Assembly: GCA_951406725.2 (NCBI GenBank)
Contig: OX597815.1
Span: 79,918,001 to 79,982,000 of the forward strand
From: Octopus vulgaris
Lineage: Eukaryota
Direction of reading: 5' to 3'
DNA: 64,000 nt
Part shown: positions 13,001-28,095 of the stretch, one piece after another
Numbering within the stretch: position 1 is the stretch's first letter
How the letters are laid out: each line of letters starts with the position of its first letter
Notes under the pieces: model-generated
Database searches by the model: none
Told to the model about the DNA's origin: nothing
What the model saw: only the letters and a program-made list of their open reading frames with translations
Translations under genes and position numbers: made by a program

Positions 13001-14584
13001 TTTCGCTGGTGCATAAAAAGATCTATCGATTTTTAACTATTTCGACCTTTACGTTATTGTCATATTCATAATCTCCATCTTTAGAAATTTCTATTCTTAT
13101 ATTCTCTTTTATTTATATTTTGGTTTGTATTGTATCGGTTCAGTTTTTATTGGCCAGCATCGTACGACTTCTATAGTTTCATTTTGTTGTGTTTTGTTAT
13201 TTACTTTGCTTATCTTAAATGTATTAATTTTTTTTATGGTTTACATAAAAAAAATTATTTTTATGTTCTTTGTCTTTTGTTTGTTTAATTTACATAATTT
13301 TTGTTTTCTTTATGTACTCTTTTTGTACTATTTTAGGTGTTCTATAATATTTCTATGTCATCATTTTAATTTTGAGGTACTTCTCAAATTAGCCTGCCTG
13401 CTGGGAATCCTAATTTATGCTTAGATCAGCGTTATTTTCTTTGTAAATTTTAAACAAAATGTTATCTTAATTTCATGTTGTTGGGTTAAATTGAACTTTG
13501 TTTTCGTCGTGTTTAGAGTCAAGCTTTTGGAAGGTGGGGATTTTAAGTCACTAGTTATCTTGTTCAAGCTTTATATATCATCACAAGCTGTTCAAAGTAT
13601 CTTCTTCAATTTCAGTTCACCTCATCTGTAGAATATATTTCGGATTAGTTTTTTTCAGTCTAAAGTGCTAAATCTGTTAATCCTCAGCTAATATCCACAT
13701 AACTATTGCAAATTCCTTTAAAGTCTGACTAATTACATTGACAGTGTTTAACCAACTTAGTTAACATTTCCCTTTTCAAAGTGACTCTCGAAAATTAGTC
13801 AAGCCCAAGCTCTATGTTGATATTCAGTCACAGTTATGAAGATTTACAGACAGGAAAATAAAAACAGCTTTCGAGCTGTTTTAGACTTGGCATGTAACTT
13901 GATGTCAGAGGTATAGAACAAGAAACTGATCAAGGTCTCACTAACTTTTCAGCCACCCACACTTTGTAGTTTATGGTGTAGTTAATGAAACCAGAGGTAG
14001 ACAGTTAAAAAGGAGTGAAAGTGAATATCTTTCAAATATTATCATTGTAATGTGAATTGTATCAGCTTGTGATAATTATATCTCATCATTTAGTTCTATA
14101 TAAATGTTTTCCATTTTAGTATAATTTTCATGAAACCTATAACCACTAATGATAATTCATACAACCATTTGACCTAAGTGTACATTGTTTCGTAGAAAAC
14201 AGAGCGATGGACTTGCGATTATTCTTCTCGCTCTTTATGTTCTGAGTAACATTCATCTCTCCTGGGTCGACAAAATAAATCAATAGTTAAGTACTAGGGT
14301 CGATGGTATCGACAATTCCAGTCCCCTAAAAACAGTTTACTTTGCACCTAAATTGGAAACATACAGGGGTGGTGGCTTGGTAGACACTTTTGAGCGTCGG
14401 AACAAATACTTTGCAGTATTTGATCCGGCTCATTATGTTCTCATCCTTTTTTCAATTTCCACTGCGATCAACTTTGTCTTTCACACTGACGGTGTCGAAA
14501 AAATAAAACCTAGTGCGAGGTGGCGGGACAATAGTATCGGATAATCCTCTCCTCTCAAAATTGCTGCCTTTCTACCTAATTTAT

Positions 14585-14647
<63 letters not shown>

Positions 14648-14659
14648 TATTATTATTAC

Positions 14660-14740
<81 letters not shown>

Positions 14741-14780
14741 CATTATTATTATTATTAATGTTGTTGCTGTTGTTGTTGTT

Positions 14781-15450
<670 letters not shown>

Positions 15451-15454
15451 CATT

Positions 15455-15519
<65 letters not shown>

Positions 15520-15524
15520 TATCA

Positions 15525-15908
15525 TGGGCTTTTCTTCTTCTTTCAAATTTGCTTCCATTTCTTGCCGGGTGTCTTCCCGACTCCTAGGGCAAAGAAACTC
15601 ATAGTATACATTGGTAGGCCATTAAACTTAACTCACTAGTTCGTTCATTTTTTTTTTTGATAGAAATAAAGTTAAATTAAAATACATGGGTAGTAATAGT
15701 TCTCACATCGACAATGCTCTTCTCAATACGTGTGATGTACCAGTTAAGACAATCTTTTGCACTTCTTGCAGGGATGGTAAGCCAGGGATCATTCTCATAT
15801 AATTTTCGGTTCCCTTCTTGATCATTTCTAGTACTCCTACGATTACTGGTATTGTAACAGCCTTGAGATGCCACATTTTCTTTATATTTTCTGAGCTTGT
15901 CAAATTCT
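15525..15908 (-). mobile_element. 5'-truncated Dong/R4-like RLE LINE 3' end in (TAA)n
   Basis: ORF 15703..15903 MWHLKAVTIPVIVGVL...QKIVLTGTSHVLRRAL is homologous to the end of ORF 37844..38953; flanked by (ATT)n on both sides. Confidence 0.8.
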
Positions 15909-15937
15909 TATCATTATTATTATCATTATTATTATTA

Positions 15938-16001
<64 letters not shown>

Positions 16002-16051
16002 CTTTATTATTATTATTATTATTATTATTGCTGTTGTTGTTGTTTGTTGTT

Positions 16052-16275
16052 AAGGCGGCGAAATAACAGAATCATTAGCACGCCGGGCGAAATTACTAGA
16101 GGAATTTCGTCTGTCATCATGTTCCGAGTTCAAATGCCACCGGGGTCGACTTTGCATTTCATCCTTCCGGGGTCAATAAATTAAATACCATTTGTGAACT
16201 GGGGTCAATGTAATCGACTGGTCCCCTCCCGCAAAATTTCAGGCATTGTGCCTATAGTAGAAATGATTATTATTA
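16052..16275 (+). mobile_element. SINE family B
   Basis: aaggcggcgaaataacagaatcattagc...ggggtcaataaattaaatacc...cctatagtagaaatg then ATT tail. Confidence 0.8.
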
Positions 16276-16298
16276 TGATTATTACAATCGTTAGAGCG

Positions 16299-16512
16299 AA
16301 GGTATCGAACTGGCAGAATCGTTAGCACGCCGGGCAAGATGCTTAGCGGAATTTCGTCCGTCTTCATGTTCTGAGTTCAAATGCCATGGGGGGTCGACTT
16401 TACTTTTTATACTTTCATGCTCGATAAAATAAGTACCAGTTGAATACTGGGGTCGATATAATTCCTCCCCCAAAACTGCAGACTTTGTGCAAAAGTTTGA
16501 AATCCTTATTAT
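16299..16512 (+). mobile_element. SINE family B (adjacent tandem copy)
   Basis: Homologous to 16052-16275. Confidence 0.75.
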
Positions 16513-16674
16513 TGTTAGAGTGCTAGAAAAATTATCGTGTGTTACTTGCTCTGGCGCCTTAGATTTTGACTTAGTCTTTCAATCTTTCAAGATCGATAAA
16601 ATTATATACCTGTCGAATCTTTTAACTAAACCGTTCCCTGTCAAAATTGTTGGTTTTGTGCTTAAAATCACACC

Positions 16675-16881
16675 CTTCTTCTTCTTCTTCTTCTTCTTCT
16701 TCTTCTTCTTCTTCTTCTTCTTCTTCTTCTTCTTCTTCTTCTTCTTCTTCTTCTTCTTCTTCTTCTTCTTCTTCTTCTTCTTCTGCCTCCTCCTCCTCCT
16801 CTTCTTCTTCTTCTTCTTCTTCTTCTTCTTCTTCTTCTTCTTCTTCTTCTTCTTCTTCTTCTTCTTCTTCTTCTTCTTCTT
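16675..16881. repeat. (CTT)n microsatellite
   Basis: Visible; explains poly-F/S/R ORFs. Confidence 0.95.
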
Positions 16882-17452
16882 GACACTGATTTGTTGCTTT
16901 TATGGTCGTAGTCCTAAAATAGTAAGGAAATAGACAAAACCACTGAAGATGTTTTTACGAGTGTATTTAGTGTCGTCAAGTGAGAACTACATTCTTTATG
17001 TCACTCCTGTCGCATAGAAATAGCCACAGGATCTGATTGGTTATCAAACTACGAACCCAGTTGTACAAGACTGATTGGCTTTGTAAGAGTAGAATAAAGA
17101 GAAAAATAAAACACGGAGATGTATCTACGCTATATTTACTGATATTCTGTAAGCGGTGCTTAAATAAATATTTCACTTAGTCATACACTATCACACCATA
17201 TATGTGTGCATGTGTGTATGTGTGTGTTTATACACACGCATATAAAGAAATTGAGAGGAAGTGAAGGAAGAGGAGGTGTGTTGGTATATCTGTGAGAGTG
17301 CATTAGTCTTGTTATAATTGTCATGCAAATATTTAAATTCATAGTATCACACGTGCATATAGAAATACGTCCATAGCATCAAAGATGAACATAAAAATCA
17401 TTCGTCCTATCAAAACATACGTGTCTGTCATACGTATCCGTCATATGTATGT

Positions 17453-18372
17453 GTTTCATTGTTCAGTTTTATTTCGAGATTTCTTACCGATAGAAAAAGA
17501 GCCGGTTTCTAACCTAGATTCAAGGCTACTTCATTGGAATTTCAACATCAACAACGGGGTATTTTTGTTTGTTTGTATGTATGTATACTCTTACTTTTAC
17601 TCGCTTTTACTCTTTTACTTGTTTCAGTCATTTGACTGCGGCCATGATGGAGCACCGCCTTTAGTCGAGCAAATCGACCCCGAGACTTATTCTTTGTAAG
17701 CCCAGTACTTATTCTATCGGTCTCTTTTGCCGAACCGCTAAGTGACGGGGACGTAAACACACCAGCATCGGTTGTCAAGCAACGCTAGGGGGACAAACAC
17801 AGACACACAAACATATACACACACATACATATATATATATACATATATATACGACGGGCTTCTTTCAGTTTCCGTCTACCAAATCCACTAACAAGGCATT
17901 GGTCGGCCCGAGGCTATAGCAGAAGACACTTGCCCAAGATGCCTCGCAGTGGGACTGAACCCAGAACCATGTGGTTGGTAAGTAAGCTACTTACCACACA
18001 GCCACTCCTGCCACTCCTGTATGTATGTATGTATATTTATATGCGTGTGTATATTTTATGCTCTCTCTCTCTCAGACACATACACACATGTATATGTGCA
18101 AATTTGTATGTTTTGCTTTATGTACATATTCTCATGCATATAGTTGCATATCTAGACAAGCTCATATATATTTAAATGATAAACTTCTGGAAAGTTTAAA
18201 CAGATTTTTACAGTTCCAGTGATGGATTGGCTCTGTAGTCTTTGAATTAGCTTTGTCCTTTCTGGTTTTGTGAAGTCTATTTTTTCAAGATTGGTATTTA
18301 GGCAGTGTGTTACATATCCCAGGGCCCCATTAATTACAGGTATAAACCTGAACTTGTAATCTGGATAGAGTA
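17453..18372 (-). mobile_element. 3' end of RLE-type LINE (same family as 18696-19947), split by a SINE A insertion
   Basis: 17453-17580 and 18095-18372 match 18696-19145 colinearly. Confidence 0.8.
17588..18010 (-). mobile_element. SINE family A nested in the LINE 3' UTR (TATG)n
   Basis: Full-length homolog of 5496-5961. Confidence 0.85.
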
Positions 18373-18413
18373 TTATGTATGTATGTATGTATGTATGTAT
18401 GTATGTATGTATG

Positions 18414-18667
18414 AGGGCATAAGGCCTAGTGGCTGTGTGTTACATTCCCGATCGCGAGATCGTGGTTTCAATTCCTGGACCGGGTTGGTGCGTTGTGTTT
18501 TTAAGCAAAACACTTCATCTCACGTCGCACTGCGGTCACTTCGACACCTGACGCGTGGTACACCGAGCACCTTTTCAGACAGCGTTGATTTGATGGAGGT
18601 AGTGAACTAATGTACTGCAAAAGCATTTGATTATAATAAACATCATTTGTGCAGGTTGTTAAGCAAA
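18414..18667 (+). mobile_element. tRNA-derived SINE (family C)
   Basis: A-box-like ggcctagtgg, B-box ggtttcaattcc, CORE-like gttgtgtttttaagcaaaacactt. Confidence 0.6.
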
Positions 18668-18695
18668 CGTTCTCTATGTGTACGTATATATGTAT

Positions 18696-19947
18696 GTCAT
18701 TATTCAGTTTATTTCAAGATTTCTTGTCAATAGAGAAAGAACCGTTTTCTAACATAGATCCAAAGTTCATTCACTGGAATTTCAACATCAACAACAGGGT
18801 ATTTTGTATGTATGTATGTATGTATGTATGTATGTATGTATGTATGTATGTATGTATGTATGTATGTATGTATGTATGTGCAGATTTGTATGTTTATGTA
18901 TGTATTCTCATGCATAGAGTTACATATTTAGAATGCTCATATATACTTAAATGATAAACTTCTGGAAAGTTTTACGCATTTTTACAGTTCCACTAATGGA
19001 ATGAATCTGTAGTCTTCGAATTAGCTTTCTCCTTTCTGGTTTTAAGAAGTCTAGTTTCTCAAGATAGGTATTTAGGCAGATGTTACATAACCCAGGACCT
19101 CAATAATTACTGGTATAAACCTGAACTTGTAATCTGGATAGAGTAACTGTAGATTTCTCAATAGTTCAGCCTAGGTGTTCTCTTTTTCACTGATCTTCAG
19201 ATTTATGTTAACATCCACTGGGCAGCTAATTTCCACAACTGTGCACAGTTTCTCTTCTCTATCCCAAATCACTATATCAGGTCTGTTGTGCTTACATTTC
19301 ATTGAGGTCTTCACTGGTACATTCCACCAGTATTCCTTTTCATTATGAGTGGCTATGGCGTCTACTATATTGTGGGTTTTTATTTTTTTGTCCCAGGGAT
19401 TATCCTTCCGACAGATTTTATTATAGAGTGTTCTAGCTACAACGTCGTGTCCCATTGGCAGATAATACCGTGCTTATGATGTGGGTGATATCTTCAGTGT
19501 AAACTCCACAAAGTCTGCATCGCTTGTCACATTTTACCGATTTTCCTGCATTTCTATCCCTTTTGTGCAACAGGTACTTGGTTGATATTTGCTGTTCCTG
19601 GATTGCAAACACATACCGTTCAAAGTGGGTGGTAATAATCCGGCTATTGGTCCATGATAAACTGCTTTGATGATCGATGTTACTATCATCACGGAGCTTT
19701 CTACTAAAATAGCAATGCGTAGTCTTCTGCTCATATAGGCTCATCCTTTCATCTAATGATATGTTGCGGTAGAGTCGTACGACGTCTTTGAGCATGCATT
19801 CTAGGTTATCAGACAGAGTGTTGCTCAAGGAGCTGCCTTCCAAGTCTTATGATGTTATCAGCTTCATATGTGCAAACTTGATCAAGGGATGCACTTCGAC
19901 GCTTGATGGTTAAAAGATGTTGCCGAAGGGATATGATGCGACATTCT
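18696..19947 (-). mobile_element. 5'-truncated RLE-type LINE (CCHC finger + PD-(D/E)xK endonuclease), frameshifted
   Basis: CRLCGVYTEDITHII, HDVVA, HNRPDIVIWDREEKLCTVVEISCP; 3' UTR ends aataaactgaataatgac. Confidence 0.85.
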
Positions 19948-20876
19948 GCCGCCTTGTATACACACAAGGTCAAATCGAACATTAAAAGTAACAAATAACA
20001 AAATAAAAAATATCGTACATATGGAATGTATTATTAGCTTGACGCTCAGTAGAGGTGGGTAAAAGTGTGTTTTTTACACTTGAAGCATAGCTCTTCGTCC
20101 GAAAGAGGAGAAATGAAAGATCCGGAGAACGGCAAAAGCCAAAGAAAATGAAAAAGTCCAGGAAAAGCACGTTTGTAGTTACATGGCTGAAGTGACCATG
20201 CATATACAAGTGAGTGTGTGTGTGTGCATGTGTTTGTGTATATGCGAATGAATTTATGCAGATGTAAGCGTCCGTAACAACATGTAAACCGGTGTAGATT
20301 GGTATAAATACCTAATTGTATTTTCCTCCAGAAGTGAAGTTTAATCCGTAAACGAGACTTAACTCATGGTAAACTAATCTATAAATAGTGGTTGAGGAAG
20401 ATAAAATGATTACACATTGGGATTTCTAGAATACAGTGTCACAGAAGGACAACAAATAAAAGATGGGTTTGTGTGTTTGTTATTGTTCTCATTGATGAAG
20501 TAAAAGTATGATCGAAGACATTTTGGCAGTGACTCATTTTTTTTAGGCTTTTTATATCTAAGACTACATTATTCAGTATATCCTTCCATTTTGTTTTTGA
20601 AAATTTTAAGACAGGAATATGAGTGTGTATGTGTGCATGTGTGTATATGTATATGTGTGTATGTGTGTGTGTGTGTGTGTGTGCGTGTGTGTGTGTGTAT
20701 GTGTGTGTGTGTGGAGACGTGGCTAATATTTCTAGCTTGTTGAGCAACCAAGTGTCTCTTCATGCCTTCATGTACCTACGAGTATTCGATTGAAGTACAT
20801 GCAAATATAGTTTTCTCTTTTGTTGACTACATATCTGTCTATCTCCATATCTATCTCACTGACTCTCTCTCATTCT

Positions 20877-21119
<243 letters not shown>

Positions 21120-21823
21120 CTCCTTCCTTCAAACGGGAAGGAAGAGCTATTTTCATCATCCTTGTGGCTATGGCGAAAGAATGCATCTGGTGGACGCGTC
21201 TGAAAGGATTGGAGACAAACACTTTCCTCTCTGGTCAATCTCTCATCAACTTCTTCAAGGACAACTTGAAAAGGAAAGTGAGAGTAGAGAAGCAAGTTTT
21301 GTCTAGCGAAAGTTTAAAAAAAAGATGGGTGAATGTAGCAAGGATGGCACGTATGAATGACGAAGCCACCTTGAGCATGATCCTATGAACCCAGAAATTG
21401 AAAACAGAGGGTTACCCACTTGCAAACAAATGTGGTAACATATAACAATACTGACCAAGGTTACCGTGGTCTTTTTCGTAGGCTTTTCTTCCCACGGATA
21501 AACCTTACTTGCTTTCCCCTTTACACCATACATCATAACACTGTGATACACGATCCCTATTGATCGTTTTTTTCCTCTTCCCCTTTTTCCCCCCCTTTTT
21601 TCCATTTCTCTTTTCTTTTGTTTCTTTTCTTTTTATTTTTTATTTTTCATTTTTTGTTCTTTTTTTTCCCTTTTACGATCCCTTTTGATCGAAAACCTAC
21701 GCCACCTTTTTTTTTGTTTCTTTTGTTTTTTGTTTTTTGTTTTATTTTCATCCCCCAAAAGAAAAGCTCTACCTTGTAACTTGTCCCATCTGTGTGCAGC
21801 CCTGTGTGGCCAATAAAGAAACT
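21120..21823 (+). mobile_element. Tx1/L1-like LINE 3' fragment inside (TATC)n
   Basis: [29 protein letters not shown] is homologous to the C-terminus of ORF 24712..25407; 3' UTR ends aataaagaaact followed by (TATC)n. Confidence 0.75.
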
Positions 21824-22016
21824 TATCTATCTATCTATTTATATACGTGTTTTCCAAATTCATAATACATAATTCAATACATAATTCATTGTATTTACAA
21901 TATCTATTCATGTCTTGCTTGCGTATCAAACAGTCTTGTTTCTCTATAGAAAAAAACACGTACAAACATATCAAAACAAACACGCATACACACACACACG
22001 CACGCACACGCATACA

Positions 22017-22053
<37 letters not shown>

Positions 22054-22430
22054 ACACACATACACAAACACACACACATATCCACACACAATCAAGCAGT
22101 AGAAATGTTTTCATTACAAGTCTTTCTGTTGTAAACATTATAGAAAATACATATAAACTCATAATAAAGAATCTATATAATGAGGGAAGTGTTGGCTTGC
22201 ACCTCAGTTTAGTTAGTAACTGAACGGAAATGACAAAGTGTGTAAGATAGACTATTATATAGATTTACTCATCTGTACTGTGTACTACAATTCCATTAAA
22301 CAGTGGGGATTGGTGCCTTTATTTGGTTTATTTCACGTTTTTCTTTACTTTTCGACGTTTTTACTCTGTCCCTCTTTATAAATGCTTCTGGTTTAATGAA
22401 ACGTACATCCTCAGTTCATACTGTATATTA

Positions 22431-22482
<52 letters not shown>

Positions 22483-22504
22483 TATATGCATATATATCTA
22501 TATC

Positions 22505-22589
<85 letters not shown>

Positions 22590-22935
22590 TATGTTTATAT
22601 AATTAAACACACGCACACACACATATATATATATACACACATACTTATATGTGCTTGTGGGTGTAAGTATATACCCGCGTATTCATATTCATTTTTTGTT
22701 TCCATTATTGGACAGAGGCCATGTTATGCTGGGATCTGCTATCAAGTGTTTCGTTGATGATAAAAACTTCAATTAACGATTTCAGTCTGGTATTTATTTT
22801 ATCGATAACTGTTCGTCGAAACACTACGGTAAGAAGTATATTGGTATCCGAAGAATATATTTTAGTCCATAAACATAAAGACACAAAGGAGTACCAATAC
22901 ATATACATACATACATGTATTTATATATATGTATA

Positions 22936-22989
<54 letters not shown>

Positions 22990-23241
22990 ATACATATAAA
23001 CACACATATGCGTGAGCGTGCGTACCTGTGTATATATGTATAGATGTATCCATATGTATTTATGTGTGCGTGTGTATGTACGCATATATATGTATATGTA
23101 TGTGTGTAGCAACATTGTTTAATATATTTAACTATAGTACCATATGATAAGACTTCTCCAGTTTCATTATCAATAGTCAGCTAGTGGGCGACCCCCTTAA
23201 TTATCAGCTAACATCTTATTTTAAGTTTTCCCTTACTAAAC

Positions 23242-23293
<52 letters not shown>

Positions 23294-23517
23294 ATGAACG
23301 GTATCTATCTCCTTAATTTCTTGGAGATTTTAGGTATAATTATACTAATTTGTCCATCTGTTCTAATTTAATTAAATTCTATGTCTTTGTGCAGCTGAAG
23401 ATTGCTCTATATTTTAAATTGATGTAATGATTGCATTGTTCAATTAAATGGAGTTGCATGAAACGATTTTATAGCATTACCTCTGGATATCTTTGTTGCT
23501 TATTTTGATATACAATT

Positions 23518-23573
<56 letters not shown>

Positions 23574-24457
23574 GTATGTATATCTTAGATTGATAGATAG
23601 ATAAATAGATCGATATGTACAGTATACTATGCTTTTTCATCGGGGTGTTTTGATGAACTATTACGATTCAACATCCAATTGCACTTGAAATATCCACTGC
23701 AAAAGAGAGAAATAAACACAATGCGGAAACGTGCGTGGCGAAGAAATGCTATAAACTTGTGTTCATCATCATTGTACACACACGCGCGCGCGCGCACACA
23801 CGGAGGCAATTTCTATCATTTCACGTAAAGAAGCATTTTCTCAGAAGTTTGCCATCGATACATTTCGAGCTTCTTTGCTCTCTTCAATACCAGATACTAA
23901 GTGCAGCAACTCTAAACCGAATGGCTTAGCTTCCCTTGCAAGAAATCAGTAAAATTTACCTGTTGACTGCGTGCGTTGATCGTCAGGTCGGTACAAGATA
24001 TATGATTGGCACGAGAAATATCGGTGTAAAAGAAAATTTTTTAAACGTATCAAATACATTTAGGATACCTTTGTCCTCGAGAAAATTTCTTACTTTAGGC
24101 AAATAGTTTTGAAACCACCAAAGTCAGTTAACCTATTTGAATTGATCTACAGTTTGTTCATTTTACAACTATTCTTCTTACGAAACCCAGGTTTGTTCCC
24201 CAAGTCACGGGGCCCCATTTTCAGTCACACTGTTTGGCCACCTTGGGCAAGCGCTTTCTACTGTAGCCTCAAGCTGTTGTGAGTGGATTTGGTTGGCGGA
24301 ACTGAAAGAAGTCAGTCGTATTCACACACTTACACACAAATACATACTTAACGTATATACTATGTGTATTTTCCGGTAGGCTTCAATATACCGTGACGGA
24401 GACGACCCTTGAGAGTAATGGATAGGCGAGACAACTCAACTCAGATCCCATTCAGGA

Positions 24458-24504
24458 GTGATGCACATTGATGTTTCGCCATTTTTGTGGCTAGTCAACA
24501 TCAC
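24458..24504 (-). ncRNA. Degenerate type-I hammerhead ribozyme
   Basis: gtgatg-ttgacta-gcca(caaaaa)tggc-GAAA-cat(ca)atg-tg-catcac: three stems pair; core and N17 are non-consensus. Confidence 0.55.
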
Positions 24505-24639
24505 GTACCCGAACAGAATCGGATGAACATTAAACATTTAGATATAATTTATATAATTTACTTGACATTCCGTTATCCTTAAAAAAAAAATAAAGTGAGA
24601 GAAACAAGTTCAAACTTCATACCCGGCAGCCTGTAAGGC

Positions 24640-26420
24640 CCAGCAACTATGTTTTCCTTTCATTGAGTATTAAACTGGGTTACTGACATCTACCTTCCTC
24701 ATCACATCCTTTCAACGTTTCTCATACTCTCTCTGCGGCAGGGTCTTCCTCTCCAACCCCATCTTGCTCTTCAGATGGTGTCTGAAGTAGGTTAACAAAC
24801 CCGGACCAAAGACGAAGGACCCTGTTACGAAACCTTCCATTCTTGTTCTCCATACACACTCGTTCAATACTGTCACCGTACAGTGAAAACAAGCTTTACC
24901 TTCCTTTGAGAGTCCAGTTGGCAGTACCATCTTTATTATAGATCCAGCCGACAGCAGTACTCGTCCCAGATGCGACAACACGTGTTCTACGTAACTTATC
25001 AAGCTTGACAGCTCCCGACATTGTACAAAAGCGTGCTGGATGGTTTCATCGTGCAGTCCACATCTTGGATATGTCGGTGGCACAAACATTCCGTGCCTAC
25101 ATGACTTATCGCGAACAGGTAAAGCGTTCCTGTAGCACTGCCAGGTCAGGGATTTTTGGTAATTGTTCAAGTACCCTGGCCTGAAAGTATTTTTAAACAG
25201 GTTGGCAAGTTGGTTCTCATCGAACCCCAGAGCCCCTCCTGGGACGTCATCAGTTTTTGTCTCTAACAGCCTTCTATAGAACACCGAGGTGGTATTCCTG
25301 CTGCCGGTTTTGCCCGTCTTGTGGATCAGTGAGAGTGCTACTCGACACTCCTTCTGACATAAAGTCAGATTCCGTCTTTTTATGAAACCGGGTTTAAATC
25401 TCTCCATAGAGGCCGGTCGCGGGAAGAATTCCTCTGCCAGCGGATTTCACACCTTATCACTTTCCAAGTGGCGCTAGAGATGTCTCAGCCTAAACGCATG
25501 TCTGCGCATCATCAGCCAAGGCATTCGCAGCCCACCCTTTAACGGTTCCTGGCAGCAAACGGAGTGCCTTAAAAGTGGCTTTCTTCCTTTCCACAAAAAG
25601 CAGAAAAGAAGTCGTTCCAACTTGTTTAGCCACGAATCGGGGCAAGGGACAACGGTCAGGTGGTAAGTGATTACAGATGCAAAAAACACCTGTACCACCT
25701 CCGCCCCTTCCTTTCCAGGACAGAGCTCTTCCGGATCACTTCCGTACTACGGCCTCTACCTGTCTGCTACATCGCTCCAATTCTCCGTCTAAGAGTTTGG
25801 GCCAAACCAAACTCCAAGCAACTTAACAGGACCATCTCCCCAGTGCCGCATCCGATTTCATTAGGGTTGCCTCCCAACCTTTCTAACTTCTGCAGCAATG
25901 GCTCGAAAGCCAACACGTACAGAAGCGGCGACAAGGAACACCCTTGACGAACTGAGCGCTTGTCGAAAACGGCTCCGTCAGGTAACCGTTTATCTGGACT
26001 GTAGACTTGATGCTGCTGTACATAGCAGAGATCCACCCACGAAATCCCGGGCCCAGCCAAGCCCAGCCCAGCCCAGCCGATTCGAGGACCGCCGCCAGGT
26101 ACCGATGGTCTACCCTATCAAACGCTTTACTTTGGTCTAAATGGACCATTGCCCCATCTTTGCCGGATAATTTACCAACCCTGTCTAAGGTGTAGCGGAT
26201 AAGGTGAAGATTATCCTGGATCGACCTGCTTGGGATTGCACATGTCTGTGCCTTCCCTACAGGTTTCTCCACGTTTTTGTTGTTTTTGTAAAATCTCAGA
26301 AAGTAATTAAAAGTTCACATTTTTTGTCAAATTATTTTGTTATATTTGTCTATTTATCCAAACTTTTCGCTAATACCTTGGCCTAAATCTTTAAGTCTAT
26401 ATTAAGTAGAGTGATAATAT
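24640..26420 (-). mobile_element. Tx1/L1-clade LINE ORF2 remnant (RT + zf-RVT), frameshifted with internal deletion
   Basis: ITLLNIDLKI, RSIQDNLHLIR, LDQSKAFDRVDH, SVRQGCSLSPLLY, WQCYRNALPVRDK, RCG..DETIQHAFVQC. Confidence 0.9.
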
Positions 26421-26865
26421 TAATATATTATTTCCCTTTTTGTATTTCCTTCTTTATTTTCCTAAAAAAAAATTCAAAAATATGAAACAGAGTGTCAAGA
26501 GGATAAATATACAATATAAAATATATATGACATTTATTATATGACGCCAAACACCTTGAAATATATATATAAAAAAATAACAATATACTCTACCGTCATG
26601 AAATTTCTATGTATGAATAGATTTTGTATACAAAAGGGTCTTCACAATAACGAATACAGTTTACCGCGCAAATAGCGCCTTTCGATTTGCTTTGTTAAAT
26701 ACATCTTGATGCATCTTTCATCAACGCGGTTGGTATTGTTCTCGATTCTGATCGTATTTAAAGTGAACGATGTGTTTTCAGTGTTTTCTCGTTAGTGTCA
26801 ACAAATCCATGTTCTGAAATACTGCCTATAAAATAAACAGTGTTTCACAGACTTCGTTATGTCAC

Positions 26866-26958
<93 letters not shown>

Positions 26959-27359
26959 AATGGGAGAATAAAAATCTGCAAGACCTGGTTGCGATTTAAA
27001 GGATGCTTTATTCCATTCCTTTACAACCCTACTATGAAGCAAGCAGGTGGCCGGTCATTAAAAACAGAAAAAGGAAACACACACAAACACACACACACGC
27101 GCGCGCACACGCGCATACACACAGACATACACACATACATACATATATATATAACTAATGTAGGAGAAAAATTTTTTTTATCACTGGCCAGCATATCAAA
27201 AGATACCTTTAAAGGTTAAATTTATAAATAACTTATAAAATAAGGGCAAAAGAAAGATTCTAATGCCAAATATGTCGAAAAAAAGACAAAATTGTCAATA
27301 ACCATTATAATTTATGCGTATCGAAACATGCCGATAGAAATTTCTAAAAAATTCCGTTA

Positions 27360-27420
27360 TTAACGTATTGGTCCCAATTTCGGGGTTAATTCATAAGGAT
27401 TTTCCCCTCGTCAGCGATAA
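27360..27420 (-). ncRNA. Type-I hammerhead ribozyme (minus-arm copy)
   Basis: ttatcg-CTGACGA-gggg...cccc-GAAA-ttgg(ga)ccaa-TA-cgttaa. Confidence 0.8.
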
Positions 27421-28034
27421 ATACGTAAGACATAAATGAAATACTTACTCATACCCACGGAAAAAGCAAGCACTAAGCTCCAAGCAGACCTAAGTACCTC
27501 AAATATATCCAAAATAGAAAATCTTCTGCACATCTCGAGACACGTGTGATTCGATCTAGAAACTTTCCCAGAGTAAGAGAATCCGGAAGTGAATACTATT
27601 GAATTTATAACTAATGTAGGGTAAAATTTTATTTTCGATAAAAAATTTTTTAGCAATGGCCAGCATATCAAAAAATACCTTTAAAGGTTAAATTTATAAA
27701 TAACTTATAAAATAGGGGCAAAAAAAAATTCTAATGCCAAATATGCCGAAAAAAAGACAAAATTGTCAATAAGGTATTTTTTGATATGCTGGCCATTGAT
27801 GAAATTTGTTTTTCTTTCAAAAAAAAAATTTTTATCCTACATTAGTTATAAATTTAATAGTGTTCACTTCCGAATTCTCTTACTCTGTGAAAGTTTCTAG
27901 ATCGAATCACAGTTTCTCGAGATGTGCTGAAGATTTTCTATTTTGGATATATTTGGGGTACTTAGGTCTGCTCAGAGCTTAGTGCTTGCTTTTTCCGTGG
28001 GTATGAGTGAGTATTTCATTTATGTCTTGCGTAT

Positions 28035-28095
28035 TTATCGCTGACGAGGGGAACATTTTTATGGATTAACCCCGAAATTGGAACCAATACGGTAA
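28035..28095 (+). ncRNA. Type-I hammerhead ribozyme with full consensus core
   Basis: ttatcg-CTGACGA-gggg(aacatttttatggattaa)cccc-GAAA-ttgg(aa)ccaa-TA-cggtaa; predicted cut after 28089. Confidence 0.85.

Noticed and set aside
23627-23712. Strong minus-strand splice acceptor (tctctcttttgcag) and a possible short exon
   Set aside because: No good donor, no recognisable peptide and no partner exons; RNA data would be needed.
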